Source of the DNA: Nitrospiraceae bacterium
GTDB lineage: Bacteria; Nitrospirota; Nitrospiria; Nitrospirales; Nitrospiraceae
NCBI GenBank assembly: GCA_035698625.1
Contig: DASSBQ010000310.1
Location: 1-38,453 of the forward strand
Length of the DNA: 38,453 bases
Direction of reading: 5' to 3'
The first letter of the stretch is position 1. The number at the start of each line of letters is the position of its first letter. The position numbers and the translations under genes are program-made. Under the pieces are notes generated by a model that did no database searches, was not told where the DNA came from, and saw nothing but the letters and a program-made list of their open reading frames with translations. Below are positions 9,497 to 18,502 of this stretch, one piece after another.

Positions 9497-10315
9497 TCAG
9501 CCGGTTTGTCGAAGACCCAACACATCCAGCATGTCGTACAATCCCGGAGGCTGTTTGACTACCCATCGGGCTGCGCGTAACGCCCCGCTCGCGAACGTAT
9601 CGCGGCTATGGGCGCGGTGCGTGATCTCAATTCTCTCCCCCGCCGTCCCAAACAACACCGTGTGATCGCCGACGATATCACCGGCTCGGATTGTTTGAAT
9701 CCCGATCTCCTTCTGAGAACGCTCACCGATCAATCCCTTGCGGGCATAGACCGCAACCTGGTTTAAATCCCGGTTCACGGCGCTCGCCAATATGTCCGCC
9801 ATCTTGATGGCGGTTCCACTGGGCGCATCCTTCTTGAGCCGGTGATGGGCCTCGATGACCTCGATATCGTAATCTTCTCCCAAGGTCCTGGCCATCTCGC
9901 CAAGAACCTTGTAGATCACGTTCACCCCTACGCTCATGTTCGGAGAACACACGCATGGAGCCCGGCGGGACAGAGTCCTTAATTCCTCGTATTCCGAAGA
10001 AGAAAACCCGGTCGTCCCAATGACCATGGCCCGGCGCAAGTCGGCTGCAGTCCTGAAGTGCTGCAAGGTGGCTGAAGGAGTTGAAAAATCGATGATCACC
10101 TCTCCTTCGGCCAGAAGAGCCGAAAGATCGTCGGTAATCGCCACGCCTATACGTCCGCAGCCGGCTATCTCGCCCGCATCGTGTCCAATCGCTGAATGAG
10201 CCTTGCTTTCGACCGCTCCTGCCAGCGCGAGCGACGAGGAACCCTGTACCAGCGAGATGAGACGGCAACCCATCCGTCCTCCCGCCCCGGCAATGATCAC
10301 CTTTGTCGTCGGCAT
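9497..10315 (-). CDS. dapB: 4-hydroxy-tetrahydrodipicolinate reductase
   Basis: 272-aa ORF. N-terminal Rossmann motif KVIIAGAGGRMG, the central EAHHRLKKDAPSGTA block and C-terminal HRAHSRDTFA.GAL.AA.W are the DapB signatures. Confidence 0.95.
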   Translation of the reverse strand: MPTTKVIIAGAGGRMGCRLISLVQGSSSLALAGAVESKAHSAIGHDAGEIAGCGRIGVAITDDLSALLAEGEVIIDFSTPSATLQHFRTAADLRRAMVIGTTGFSSSEYEELRTLSRRAPCVCSPNMSVGVNVIYKVLGEMARTLGEDYDIEVIEAHHRLKKDAPSGTAIKMADILASAVNRDLNQVAVYARKGLIGERSQKEIGIQTIRAGDIVGDHTVLFGTAGERIEITHRAHSRDTFASGALRAARWVVKQPPGLYDMLDVLGLRQTG

Positions 10316-10342
10316 GTCGTTTTGCTTGCGACAGAATGCGGG

Positions 10343-11215
10343 CTAGAGCAGCCCGCACTCTTTCATCACGCTTGTCAGTTTGTGCTTGGTGTCCGGCGCC
10401 ATCCCGCACAAGGGAAGGCGCAATTCCCCGTCTATCTTCCCCATCAGACTCAAAGCTTCCTTAACCGGTATCGGATTCGTCTCATAGAACAGGGCCGTAA
10501 ACAATGGCGCCAGCTTGTAGTGCAGCCGGCGAGCTTCCTCAATCCTGCCGGCAAGGAAGGCATTCACCAGCCCGGACATATCGCCAGGAGCAATGTTGGC
10601 GGTGACCGTGATGACCCCTTTCCCGCCGAGCGCCAGAATGGGAAGCGTTAACACATCGTCCCCCGCAAGAACCGTCATCCTGCCGCCGCAGGCCTGAATA
10701 ATCTCGGATGCCTGCTGGACTGAACCGCTGCCTTCTTTGACTGCCACGATAGTCCGGCAGCTCACGAGGCGTGCAATCGTCGAAGGCATCATATTCACGC
10801 CGGTGCGACTCGGGATGTTGTACAGGACCAACGGAAGGTCCACGGCGTCGGCAACCGTCTTGTAATGGCGGAACAATCCTTCCTGAGTCGGCTTGTTATA
10901 GTAGGGCGTGATGAGGAGCGCGCCATCTGCTCCCGCCTGTTTGGCATGTTTCGTCAGCGCGACCGCTTCGTCGGTACTGTTGGAACCGGCCCCCGCAATC
11001 ACCGGCACCCGGTGCCTCGCCGCCTCTACGGTAAAGGCCACCACCCGTTCATGCTCGGCATGTGAGAGAGTCGCCGATTCGCCGGTGGTGCCGCAGGGAA
11101 CAATCCCATGCGTGCCATTGACGATTTGCCACTCGATCAGTTCTCCAAGCGCTTTCTCGTCCACCTTCCCTTTCCGGAACGGTGTCACAATCGCTACCAA
11201 TGAACCCGTGAACAT
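10343..11215 (-). CDS. dapA: 4-hydroxy-tetrahydrodipicolinate synthase
   Basis: 290-aa ORF. GSLVAIVTPF, GTTGES.TLS, YNKPTQEG and the active-site Lys context IVAVKEGSG. GAAGGAG Shine-Dalgarno 6 nt before the ATG. Confidence 0.95.
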   Translation of the reverse strand: MFTGSLVAIVTPFRKGKVDEKALGELIEWQIVNGTHGIVPCGTTGESATLSHAEHERVVAFTVEAARHRVPVIAGAGSNSTDEAVALTKHAKQAGADGALLITPYYNKPTQEGLFRHYKTVADAVDLPLVLYNIPSRTGVNMMPSTIARLVSCRTIVAVKEGSGSVQQASEIIQACGGRMTVLAGDDVLTLPILALGGKGVITVTANIAPGDMSGLVNAFLAGRIEEARRLHYKLAPLFTALFYETNPIPVKEALSLMGKIDGELRLPLCGMAPDTKHKLTSVMKECGLL

Positions 11216-11250
11216 GACCTACTCCTTCACCGGCAATAGTGGGATAAAAC

Positions 11251-12513
11251 TCAGGATAAAAAGGCCGGGATCCGCTCGCCGCGCACGAGGTCGTCGTAAG
11301 ATTCTCTCTCCCGAATCACATGCACTTCCCCGCCCTTGACCAGCACTTCGGGCACGCGGGGCCGCGAATTATAATTCGACGCCATCACAAATCCATACGC
11401 CCCTGCGCTCATGACGACCAGAAGCTCGCCCGCATTCACGGCGGGCATCATCCGATCCTTCGCAAGGAAATCGCCCGACTCGCAGACCGGACCCACGACA
11501 TCCACCAGGCTGCGCTGAGTCTGGTTGGTGCGCTCATAGAGCGGGCGGATATCGTGATAGGCGCCATACAAGCTGGGCCTGATCAGATCGTTCATGGCCG
11601 CATCGACGATCACAAACCGCTTGGCTTCCCCGTCTTTCGTATACAGAACTCTCGTCAACAGCACGCCGGCATTGCCCACGATGACGCGCCCCGGCTCCAT
11701 GATGAGCACGCATTTCAGATCGCGCACCAGAGGCGAGATGGCGTCAGCCAGGTCTTTCGGTTGCGGCGGGGTTTCATCGGAATAGGTAATCCCGAGCCCG
11801 CCGCCGATATTGATATAGCGGATGTCGATGCCCTGATCTTTCAAGGCTTGAACCAGGCCCAGCACCTTTTTCAGGGCTTCCACGAAAGGCGTCACTTCGG
11901 TCAATTGCGACCCGATATGTTTGTGGACCCCCACCACGTCAATGTGCGAGAGCGTGGAGGCCAGCCGAAATTCCTGCATTGCCCGATCGGCTCCGATGCC
12001 GAATTTGCTCTTCTTCAGGCCCGTTGAAATATAGGGGTGGGTTTTGGGATCAATATCGGGATTGATCCGCAACGCCACGCGGGCCTGCTTTCCCATTGAT
12101 GCCGCGACGTCATTAATTGCCCGCAATTCCTCCGATGACTCGACATTGAACATGAGGATATCGGCCTTCAATGCCTGGGCGATCTCGTCCGCGCTCTTCC
12201 CGACCCCGGCAAACACGATTTTTGAGGCCGGCACACCGGCCTTCATGGCCCGATACAGTTCGCCCCCGGATACGATGTCGACCCCGCTTCCTTCATTGGC
12301 CATCAACTTCACAATCGCCAGATTCGAGTTGGCCTTCATAGCAAAGGCCAAAATGTGCGGAATGCTCTGAAATGCGCTGTCGTATGCGCGGAAATGCCGC
12401 ATGAGAGTATGGTGGCTATAGACATAACATGGCGTGCCGACTTCCTTGGCAATCCGCCCAAGCGGCACCTCCTCGCAGTACAACTCGCCCTGCCGGTACT
12501 GAAAATCATGCAT
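11251..12513 (-). CDS. lysA: diaminopimelate decarboxylase
   Basis: 420-aa ORF. PLP-Lys context FAMKANSN, GGGLGI, EPGR..VGNAG and CESGD motifs. Its ATG overlaps the end of the upstream radical-SAM gene by 8 nt. Confidence 0.95.
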   Translation of the reverse strand: MHDFQYRQGELYCEEVPLGRIAKEVGTPCYVYSHHTLMRHFRAYDSAFQSIPHILAFAMKANSNLAIVKLMANEGSGVDIVSGGELYRAMKAGVPASKIVFAGVGKSADEIAQALKADILMFNVESSEELRAINDVAASMGKQARVALRINPDIDPKTHPYISTGLKKSKFGIGADRAMQEFRLASTLSHIDVVGVHKHIGSQLTEVTPFVEALKKVLGLVQALKDQGIDIRYINIGGGLGITYSDETPPQPKDLADAISPLVRDLKCVLIMEPGRVIVGNAGVLLTRVLYTKDGEAKRFVIVDAAMNDLIRPSLYGAYHDIRPLYERTNQTQRSLVDVVGPVCESGDFLAKDRMMPAVNAGELLVVMSAGAYGFVMASNYNSRPRVPEVLVKGGEVHVIRERESYDDLVRGERIPAFLS

Positions 12514-14416
12514 CTTGGAGGTCCTCGCTCAGGAAATCGCTGCCGCTCATGGACAGCCCGTGCAAGGCGTCCTCAAACGCCGCCCTGAATTTTTGATACC
12601 GCACTTTCGCGTAGGGCAACACATCTTTCACGGCCCCTCCGTCCAACAGCGCTTTCAACGCCTCGGGCGTGGCATGTTTCAGGTGTTCGAAATTAATGAT
12701 GATGTCCAACCGAGCCTGTTCAGCCGCCGTTTTGATCCGTTTCAGCAATTCCTGCGCATTCAAATGATCCAGCGTGCCTTCCAGGGTGATAACCAAGGCG
12801 GCCAACTGATCATGCCGCTTGGCCTTTATATTGAGCCACAATCCATGCGCCGGCCCGGCGGTCTGATCGAGTCGTTGCTTGATCGCATGCAACGCATTGG
12901 GAATCAGTTGCCTGGTTTCGACCGTAGGCAGCTTGGCTTGTAAATTCTTCAGTACTCCGGCCACCGGCGACAGCGTGCCCTTCGGGCAGGATCGCTTCAC
13001 CAGCTTGCGAAATTCCCGGTTCATTTCAAGCCGCGCCACAAGGCGTTGCTTCGTTCCCGACAGGCGGGTCCAAATGGACGGCAACGAATAGAACTGATGG
13101 TTGGCCCAGTGGAATCCCTCCTGCAGTTGTTCCGGTGTCATCCGGCTCGGACGAAACACCACGTGCTTGCCGTCATACTTCGCCCAATCGCGATCGAAAA
13201 TACGGCCAGCCTGGTTATATCGCTCGTACAGCGCCGTCCCCGGCAAGGGCGTCAGCACATTGAAGTAGGCCAGCTCCACGCGGCACTTCGTGAGAAACTC
13301 CACTGCTCGTTCAAAGACCGCTTCATCATCATTGTCGAAGCCGAACACGATGCCCGGATTGACCATAATCCCGTACTTATGGAACATGTCGATTTCTTGA
13401 GCGAACTTCTGTACCCGGTTGAACGGCTTGTTGGTTTCCTCCAGGCAATCCTCGTCCAGCGATTCCATTCCGACGAATACGGAGACACAGCCGCTGTCGG
13501 ATGCCAACTTCACCATTTCTTCGTCGTCGCCCAGAAAGAGCGTCGATTGGCACCCCCATTTGATATTCAAAGGTTTCAGAGCGGACCACAATTCGCGGCA
13601 GTAGGCGCGATTGCTGTTGTGCAAATCATCGACGAACGCGAAAATCGTCCCGTCCTCAATACCCAGCCTGATGCGCAGCCCGGTTAGGAACGCCTGCCAT
13701 GCGGAATCGTTGCATATCCGGTCCACCAGTTCGCTCCGAATCCACTGCTTGACCGTCGTGAGCTCCTTGACGACTTCCTGCACCGGCCGGCGACGCGTCG
13801 TCTTGCCGTTGAAGGGTGAGACGCTGCAGAACTCGCAATCGAAGTGGCACCCGCGCGTGGTAAAGCTGCATTGCCTCGTCATATAGGCATCCGGGCTCAG
13901 CAGCTCCACGCGGGGACTCTTGTAGTGCTCCAACGAAGGAAACGCTTTCATTTCATACTTCCGCTTCATCCGGCCGGCTTCGAAATCGGAAATCACCTCC
14001 GGCCAGAGATCTTCGGCTTCTCCGCACACCACGGCATCGCAGTAGCGCAACGCTTCGTCCGGGCAATAGGTCGGGTGGACGCCGCCCAATACGACTTTGA
14101 TGCCCCGTTTCTTGAACTCCTGGGCGATCTCATACGCCCGGGGCGCATAACAGGTCATCACGGACAGACCCACCAGATCGCATTCATGCTCGAAATTAAT
14201 GTCCGTGACCGCTTCATCCACGAGATCCACCTGCCAATTGCTCGGGGTATAGGCCGCAATGGTAGGCAAACTCAGCTTCGGAAACCACACTGCGCGGCGT
14301 TCCGAGGCAGTCAAATGATAGCGATTATTTCTGGGATAAGGATCCAGGAGCAACAACCGTCGCTGCGGCAGTTTTCCCGGGACCAGGGGATGGCGTGCCG
14401 GTTGAATCAGTTCCAT
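12506..14416 (-). CDS. B12-binding-domain radical SAM enzyme with C-terminal STAS-like domain
   Basis: 636-aa ORF with AGGAG 8 nt before the ATG. The N-terminal B12-binding-like domain (DLVGLSVMT..., VVLGGVHPT) precedes the cluster motif CHFDCEFC (CX3CX2C). A DUF4070-like stretch follows. The last ~110 aa (ALVITLEGTLDHLNAQELLKRIKTAAEQARLDIIINFEHLKHATPEALKALLD) align by eye to SpoIIAA/STAS. Confidence 0.8.
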   Translation of the reverse strand: MELIQPARHPLVPGKLPQRRLLLLDPYPRNNRYHLTASERRAVWFPKLSLPTIAAYTPSNWQVDLVDEAVTDINFEHECDLVGLSVMTCYAPRAYEIAQEFKKRGIKVVLGGVHPTYCPDEALRYCDAVVCGEAEDLWPEVISDFEAGRMKRKYEMKAFPSLEHYKSPRVELLSPDAYMTRQCSFTTRGCHFDCEFCSVSPFNGKTTRRRPVQEVVKELTTVKQWIRSELVDRICNDSAWQAFLTGLRIRLGIEDGTIFAFVDDLHNSNRAYCRELWSALKPLNIKWGCQSTLFLGDDEEMVKLASDSGCVSVFVGMESLDEDCLEETNKPFNRVQKFAQEIDMFHKYGIMVNPGIVFGFDNDDEAVFERAVEFLTKCRVELAYFNVLTPLPGTALYERYNQAGRIFDRDWAKYDGKHVVFRPSRMTPEQLQEGFHWANHQFYSLPSIWTRLSGTKQRLVARLEMNREFRKLVKRSCPKGTLSPVAGVLKNLQAKLPTVETRQLIPNALHAIKQRLDQTAGPAHGLWLNIKAKRHDQLAALVITLEGTLDHLNAQELLKRIKTAAEQARLDIIINFEHLKHATPEALKALLDGGAVKDVLPYAKVRYQKFRAAFEDALHGLSMSGSDFLSEDLQDA

Positions 14417-14490
14417 ATGGGTGTTCTCCTCTCGATCAAAAAACGATGCGTCAAAATGAAAGGCCTCGTCGTTTTTCGCGCCAAATTTCT

Positions 14491-14781
14491 TTATGGCTTC
14501 GTGCCCACGGATTGCAGTGGAGGGACGGGAAGTCCATCTGTCGATTGGCTCGCGTCGCCTTCACTGGCTGTGAGTCCCGGATAGCTCGCCGGAGATCCTG
14601 AAGACTTTTGCATGCCGCGCCCGTCGCCGCCTGCCTCCTGCCTTTTCTGCCGATCAATGATGGGAGCCACGCCGACATCTTCCGGCGCGACGGGAGATCC
14701 GACCACGCCGCAACCGCACAACGCCGCCGCCATGATACACAGAACCCACATGCCGCTCATCCCGGCCCCTGCCCGCCCCAT
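14491..14781 (-). CDS. small Pro/Gly/Ser-rich lipoprotein (LptM/YifL/LppL-like by size, composition and position next to lysA)
   Basis: The in-frame ATG at 14781 gives MGRAGAGMSGMWVLCIMAAALCGCG, a signal peptide with lipobox LCGC, followed by a low-complexity tail. The longer tracked ORF to 14886 would overlap argH. The family assignment is an inference. Confidence 0.6.
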   Translation of the reverse strand: MGRAGAGMSGMWVLCIMAAALCGCGVVGSPVAPEDVGVAPIIDRQKRQEAGGDGRGMQKSSGSPASYPGLTASEGDASQSTDGLPVPPLQSVGTKP

Positions 14782-14808
14782 TATGACAAGGCTTTTATGA
14801 CAAGGCTT
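14781..14808. repeat. perfect 14-bp tandem duplication (TTATGACAAGGCTT x2) spanning the argH stop codon
   Basis: Copy 1 is 14781-14794 and copy 2 is 14795-14808. On the coding strand this reads AAGCCTTGTCATAA twice. The first copy supplies ..KALS-TAA of argH. The second copy supplies the spacer and the first two bases of the lipoprotein ATG. Confidence 0.9.
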
Positions 14809-16261
14809 TTTCCAACTCCCGTATCCGGGCCTCCACCCGTTTCTTGGACGTTCCTCCGATCTGCGACTTACGTTCGACTGCGGCATGGATCGTCAGGCGG
14901 CCCAAGACATCGTGTTCAAATCGTTTCGAAAACCCCTGCAACTCTTCCAATGTCATCTCTTGAAGATCGCGATGCTGTTCGAGAGAGCATCGCACAACCC
15001 GCCCCGCTATGGAATGGGCTTCTCGAAACGGAACCCCTTTGACCGCCAGGTAATCGGCCAACTCCGTGGCCAGCATGGCGCCTCCCGATGCCGCCTGCGC
15101 CAGCGCGTCGCGGTTTATCCGCACCCGCCGCATTAATTCCGTCAGAACCGTGACGGATTGCAGCGTCGTATCCGCCGCATCAAACAGGGCTTCCTTGTCT
15201 TCCTGAAGATCGCGATTGTAACTGAGGGGCAGCCCTTTGAGAATCGTCAGCACGCCGACCAAATGACCATAGACCCGTCCCGTTTTACCACGAACGAGCT
15301 CCGGAACGTCAGGATTCTTCTTTTGCGGCATCATGCTGCTGCCCGTGCAATAGGCGTCGGGAAGTTCGACGAAGCGGAACTCCTGGGAGGCCCATAGAAT
15401 CAGTTCCTCGCTCATGCGCGAAAGGTGCATCATAATCAGCGAAAACGAGCCGAGTGACTCCACCGCAAAATCCCGGTCGGACACGGCGTCCAGGCTGTTC
15501 TGTGTCACGGCGGGGAAGCCGAGGAGCCGGGCGGTATACTCCCGATCCACGGCGTAATTGGTGCCGGCCAGCGCGCCCGATCCCAACGGCATGACATTGA
15601 GGCGAGACCGCGCATCACGTAGCCGATCCCGGTCTCTGGCGAACATGTCAACATACGCAAGAAAGTGATGAGCGAGCAACACCGGCTGGGCTCGCTGGAG
15701 ATGCGTATAGCCCGGCATGACGACATCGATATGTTCCCGCGCCTGAGCCAGCAACACACGCTGAAACTCCGCGAGCGCTTGACCGATTCGATCCAGCATG
15801 TCGCGCAGATACAACCGGATATCGAGCGCGACCTGATCGTTTCTGCTTCGCCCGGTATGAAGTTTCCCGCCCAACGGGCCGATCAGTTCAGTGAGACGCC
15901 GCTCAACGGCCATATGAATGTCTTCGTCCTCGGCCGCGAACGGAAACCGCCCTTCCTCGAACTCAATGTTCACGGCTTTGAGCCCTCGCAGCAACGTTTC
16001 CGTCTCCCTGGTCGTAAAGACGCCGGCGCGCTCCATCGCTTTGCAGTGAGCCATGCTTCCCTGGATGTCATAGCGATAAAGCCGGCGATCGAACGCCAGG
16101 GAGGAACTGAACGACTCCACAAGCCGGTCGGTCTGTTCGGTGAACCGCCCGCTCCATGCCTTCCCGCCGGAAAGCCCTTGCGGACCATTCGGCGTTGTAC
16201 GGTCTCGGGAAGCAGCCTTGGTCTTCGGATGGGATCGGCGGTGTCGAGTTACCCGTGGCAT
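14795..16261 (-). CDS. argH: argininosuccinate lyase (with ~33-aa basic N-terminal extension)
   Basis: 488-aa ORF. WSGRF start block, the fumarate-lyase signature GSSMMPQKKNPD, and HTGRSRNDQ. The ATG at 16261 overlaps the argG stop (TGATG), and there is no other in-frame ATG/GTG/TTG before the conserved core. Confidence 0.95.
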   Translation of the reverse strand: MPRVTRHRRSHPKTKAASRDRTTPNGPQGLSGGKAWSGRFTEQTDRLVESFSSSLAFDRRLYRYDIQGSMAHCKAMERAGVFTTRETETLLRGLKAVNIEFEEGRFPFAAEDEDIHMAVERRLTELIGPLGGKLHTGRSRNDQVALDIRLYLRDMLDRIGQALAEFQRVLLAQAREHIDVVMPGYTHLQRAQPVLLAHHFLAYVDMFARDRDRLRDARSRLNVMPLGSGALAGTNYAVDREYTARLLGFPAVTQNSLDAVSDRDFAVESLGSFSLIMMHLSRMSEELILWASQEFRFVELPDAYCTGSSMMPQKKNPDVPELVRGKTGRVYGHLVGVLTILKGLPLSYNRDLQEDKEALFDAADTTLQSVTVLTELMRRVRINRDALAQAASGGAMLATELADYLAVKGVPFREAHSIAGRVVRCSLEQHRDLQEMTLEELQGFSKRFEHDVLGRLTIHAAVERKSQIGGTSKKRVEARIRELEKALS

Positions 16262-17475
16262 CAGGACCGAGACTTCTTTCGCTGCGCCCTGATGGCAAGC
16301 CGCAGCGCGTTCAGTCTGATGAAGCCTTCCGCATCCTTTTGGCGGTACACCTCGTCCTCCTCGAACGTCGCCATATCCAGCCGGTAGAGCGATCGCGGCG
16401 ATTTCCGCCCCACGACGGTGCAGCTTCCCTTGTAGAGCCTCACGCGCACTGTGCCCGTGACGTCCTGCTGAGCTTCATCCAGGGCTCGCTGGAGCAGTTC
16501 ACGTTCCGGGGCATACCAATACCCGTAGTAGATCAATTCCGCATAGCGAGGGATGAGGCCGTCCCGCAGATGCATCACTTCCCGATCCATGGTCAAGGAT
16601 TCGAGGCCGCGATGCGCCGCATGCAAAATAGTGCCGCCCGGCGTCTCATAGACGCCGCGCGATTTCATGCCGACATACCGATTTTCCACGAGGTCGACAC
16701 GTCCCACTCCATGTGCGCCGCCGACCTTATTCAGATATGCCAATAAGGCGGCGGGACGCAATCGTTTTCCCTCTACGGCGACCGGATCGCCTTGTTGGTA
16801 TTCGATTTCGATCTCCTGCGGCTTCGCCGGCGCCCGTTCCGGCGACACCGTCATATGAAAAATCTCCTCCGGCGGGGCTTCCCAGGGATCCTCCAAGATG
16901 CCGCCTTCATAACTGACGTGAAAGAGATTCATGTCCATGCTATAGGGCTTGGCCTTGGTCGCCGTAATGGGAATGCCGTGCCGTTGCGCGTACTCGATCA
17001 GTTCCCGCCTGGATCGCAACGACCACTCCCGCCAAGGCGCGATAATCTTCACTTTCGGATCGAGCGCCAGATAGGTCAGCTCAAACCGCACCTGGTCGTT
17101 CCCCTTGCCGGTCGAGCCATGAGAGACGGCGTCGGCGCCTTCTCTCGCGGCAATCTCAATCTGCCGTCGCGCGATCAGCGGGCGGGCGATGGAGGTACCC
17201 AACAAGTAACTGCCCTCGTATACGGCGTTGCCCCGCAACATGGGAAAGACATGCTCTTTCACGAAGGTTTCACGCAGATCTTCCACATACACTTTCGAGA
17301 CCCCCAAGGCCCGAGCCTTGGCCTTGATGGGAGCGAGATCTTCCCCTTGCCCGAGGTCCGCGCAGAACGCCACGACGGAGCAGTCATAGGTTTCCTGCAA
17401 CCACTTCAGGATGACCGACGTATCGAGCCCTCCGGAATAGGCAAGCACGACTTTCTTGATTGACGATTGCTTCAT
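16261..17475 (-). CDS. argG: argininosuccinate synthase
   Basis: 404-aa [14 protein letters not shown]-loop, [13 protein letters not shown] and ENR.VG.KSRG.YE motifs. The start overlaps the argF stop by 4 nt. Confidence 0.95.
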   Translation of the reverse strand: MKQSSIKKVVLAYSGGLDTSVILKWLQETYDCSVVAFCADLGQGEDLAPIKAKARALGVSKVYVEDLRETFVKEHVFPMLRGNAVYEGSYLLGTSIARPLIARRQIEIAAREGADAVSHGSTGKGNDQVRFELTYLALDPKVKIIAPWREWSLRSRRELIEYAQRHGIPITATKAKPYSMDMNLFHVSYEGGILEDPWEAPPEEIFHMTVSPERAPAKPQEIEIEYQQGDPVAVEGKRLRPAALLAYLNKVGGAHGVGRVDLVENRYVGMKSRGVYETPGGTILHAAHRGLESLTMDREVMHLRDGLIPRYAELIYYGYWYAPERELLQRALDEAQQDVTGTVRVRLYKGSCTVVGRKSPRSLYRLDMATFEEDEVYRQKDAEGFIRLNALRLAIRAQRKKSRS

Positions 17476-18479
17476 CTTGTTTCCTTCATCCCGCGTGATC
17501 CCCCTGTCCGTTGCTTCTGTTTCGATAACAACCGCACGAGGACGGCCTTCTGCACATGCAGGCGGTTCTCCGCCTGATCCAGAATAACCGATTGCGGCCC
17601 ATCCAAGACCGCGGCCGTGATCTCCTCGCCGCGATGGGCCGGCAAACAGTGCATGACGATGGCGTCCTGTTTTGCCCGCTTCAGAAGGCGCTCGTTCAGC
17701 TGGTACGGCGCCAGTGTCTTGAGCCGCCGTGCTTGCTCCCGTTCACGTCCCATGCTGATCCAGACGTCGGTATAGACCACATCGGCGTCCTTCACGGCCA
17801 CGTGCGGGTCGTGATGAATGTCGACCGCGGCTCCGGTCTCTTGGGCTTCCGCGCGGGCCCAATCGATTATGTGCTGATCGGGGAGATATCCGGGGGGGCA
17901 GCCGACCGCGATGGAGAGGCCCATCTTGGCGGACGCCTCAATCAATGAGTTCGTCACATTGTTCCCATCCCCGACGTACGCGATCTTGAGGCCCCGCAAC
18001 CCGCGCTTTTTTTCCTGAATCGTCAGCAGGTCCGACAGCGCTTGGCAAGGGTGGCTCAGATCCGTCAATCCGTTGATGACCGGAATCGTGGCTTCACGAG
18101 CCCATTCTTCCACGATCGCGTGGTCGAAGGTTCGAATCACGAGTCCATCAAGATATCGCGATAACACCCGGGCGGTATCGGCGATGCTTTCTCCCCGCGA
18201 CAGTTGAATGTCGGCCATGGGGAGAACCATGGCCTGGCCGCCCAATTGATTCATGCCCGCTTCAAACGACACTCTGGTGCGCGTAGACGGCTTTTGAAAC
18301 AGGAGACCGAGCATCTTCCCCTGCAAATGGTGCTGGACGATCCCTCGCCGCTGCTTCAGTTTCAATTCGGCAGCCAGACGCAAGAGCCCGGTCAATTCCT
18401 CCCGGCTGACGGACATCAGCTCCAAAAAATCCTTGCCGAGAGCGTTTCGGCGTGGTCGCCGTGCAGGACGCCGCAACAT
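17472..18479 (-). CDS. argF: ornithine carbamoyltransferase
   Basis: Core motifs [17 protein letters not shown] and DQAENRLH. I use the ATG at 18479 ([21 protein letters not shown]...), which lies 23 nt after the argD stop. The tracked ORF to 18650 would overlap argD by ~150 nt. Confidence 0.9.
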   Translation of the reverse strand: MLRRPARRPRRNALGKDFLELMSVSREELTGLLRLAAELKLKQRRGIVQHHLQGKMLGLLFQKPSTRTRVSFEAGMNQLGGQAMVLPMADIQLSRGESIADTARVLSRYLDGLVIRTFDHAIVEEWAREATIPVINGLTDLSHPCQALSDLLTIQEKKRGLRGLKIAYVGDGNNVTNSLIEASAKMGLSIAVGCPPGYLPDQHIIDWARAEAQETGAAVDIHHDPHVAVKDADVVYTDVWISMGREREQARRLKTLAPYQLNERLLKRAKQDAIVMHCLPAHRGEEITAAVLDGPQSVILDQAENRLHVQKAVLVRLLSKQKQRTGGSRGMKETR

Positions 18480-18502
18480 GGTACGCCGCTTCAAATTTAC
18501 AA

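Noticed and set aside
14417-14490. Possible cobalamin or lysine riboswitch, or an attenuator, between the lipoprotein gene and the radical-SAM/lysA genes.
   Set aside because: Only 74 nt are available, which is too short for either riboswitch. The only structure is an 8-bp A/T stem (AAAAACGA/TCGTTTTT) with a 22-nt loop, too weak to call a terminator.
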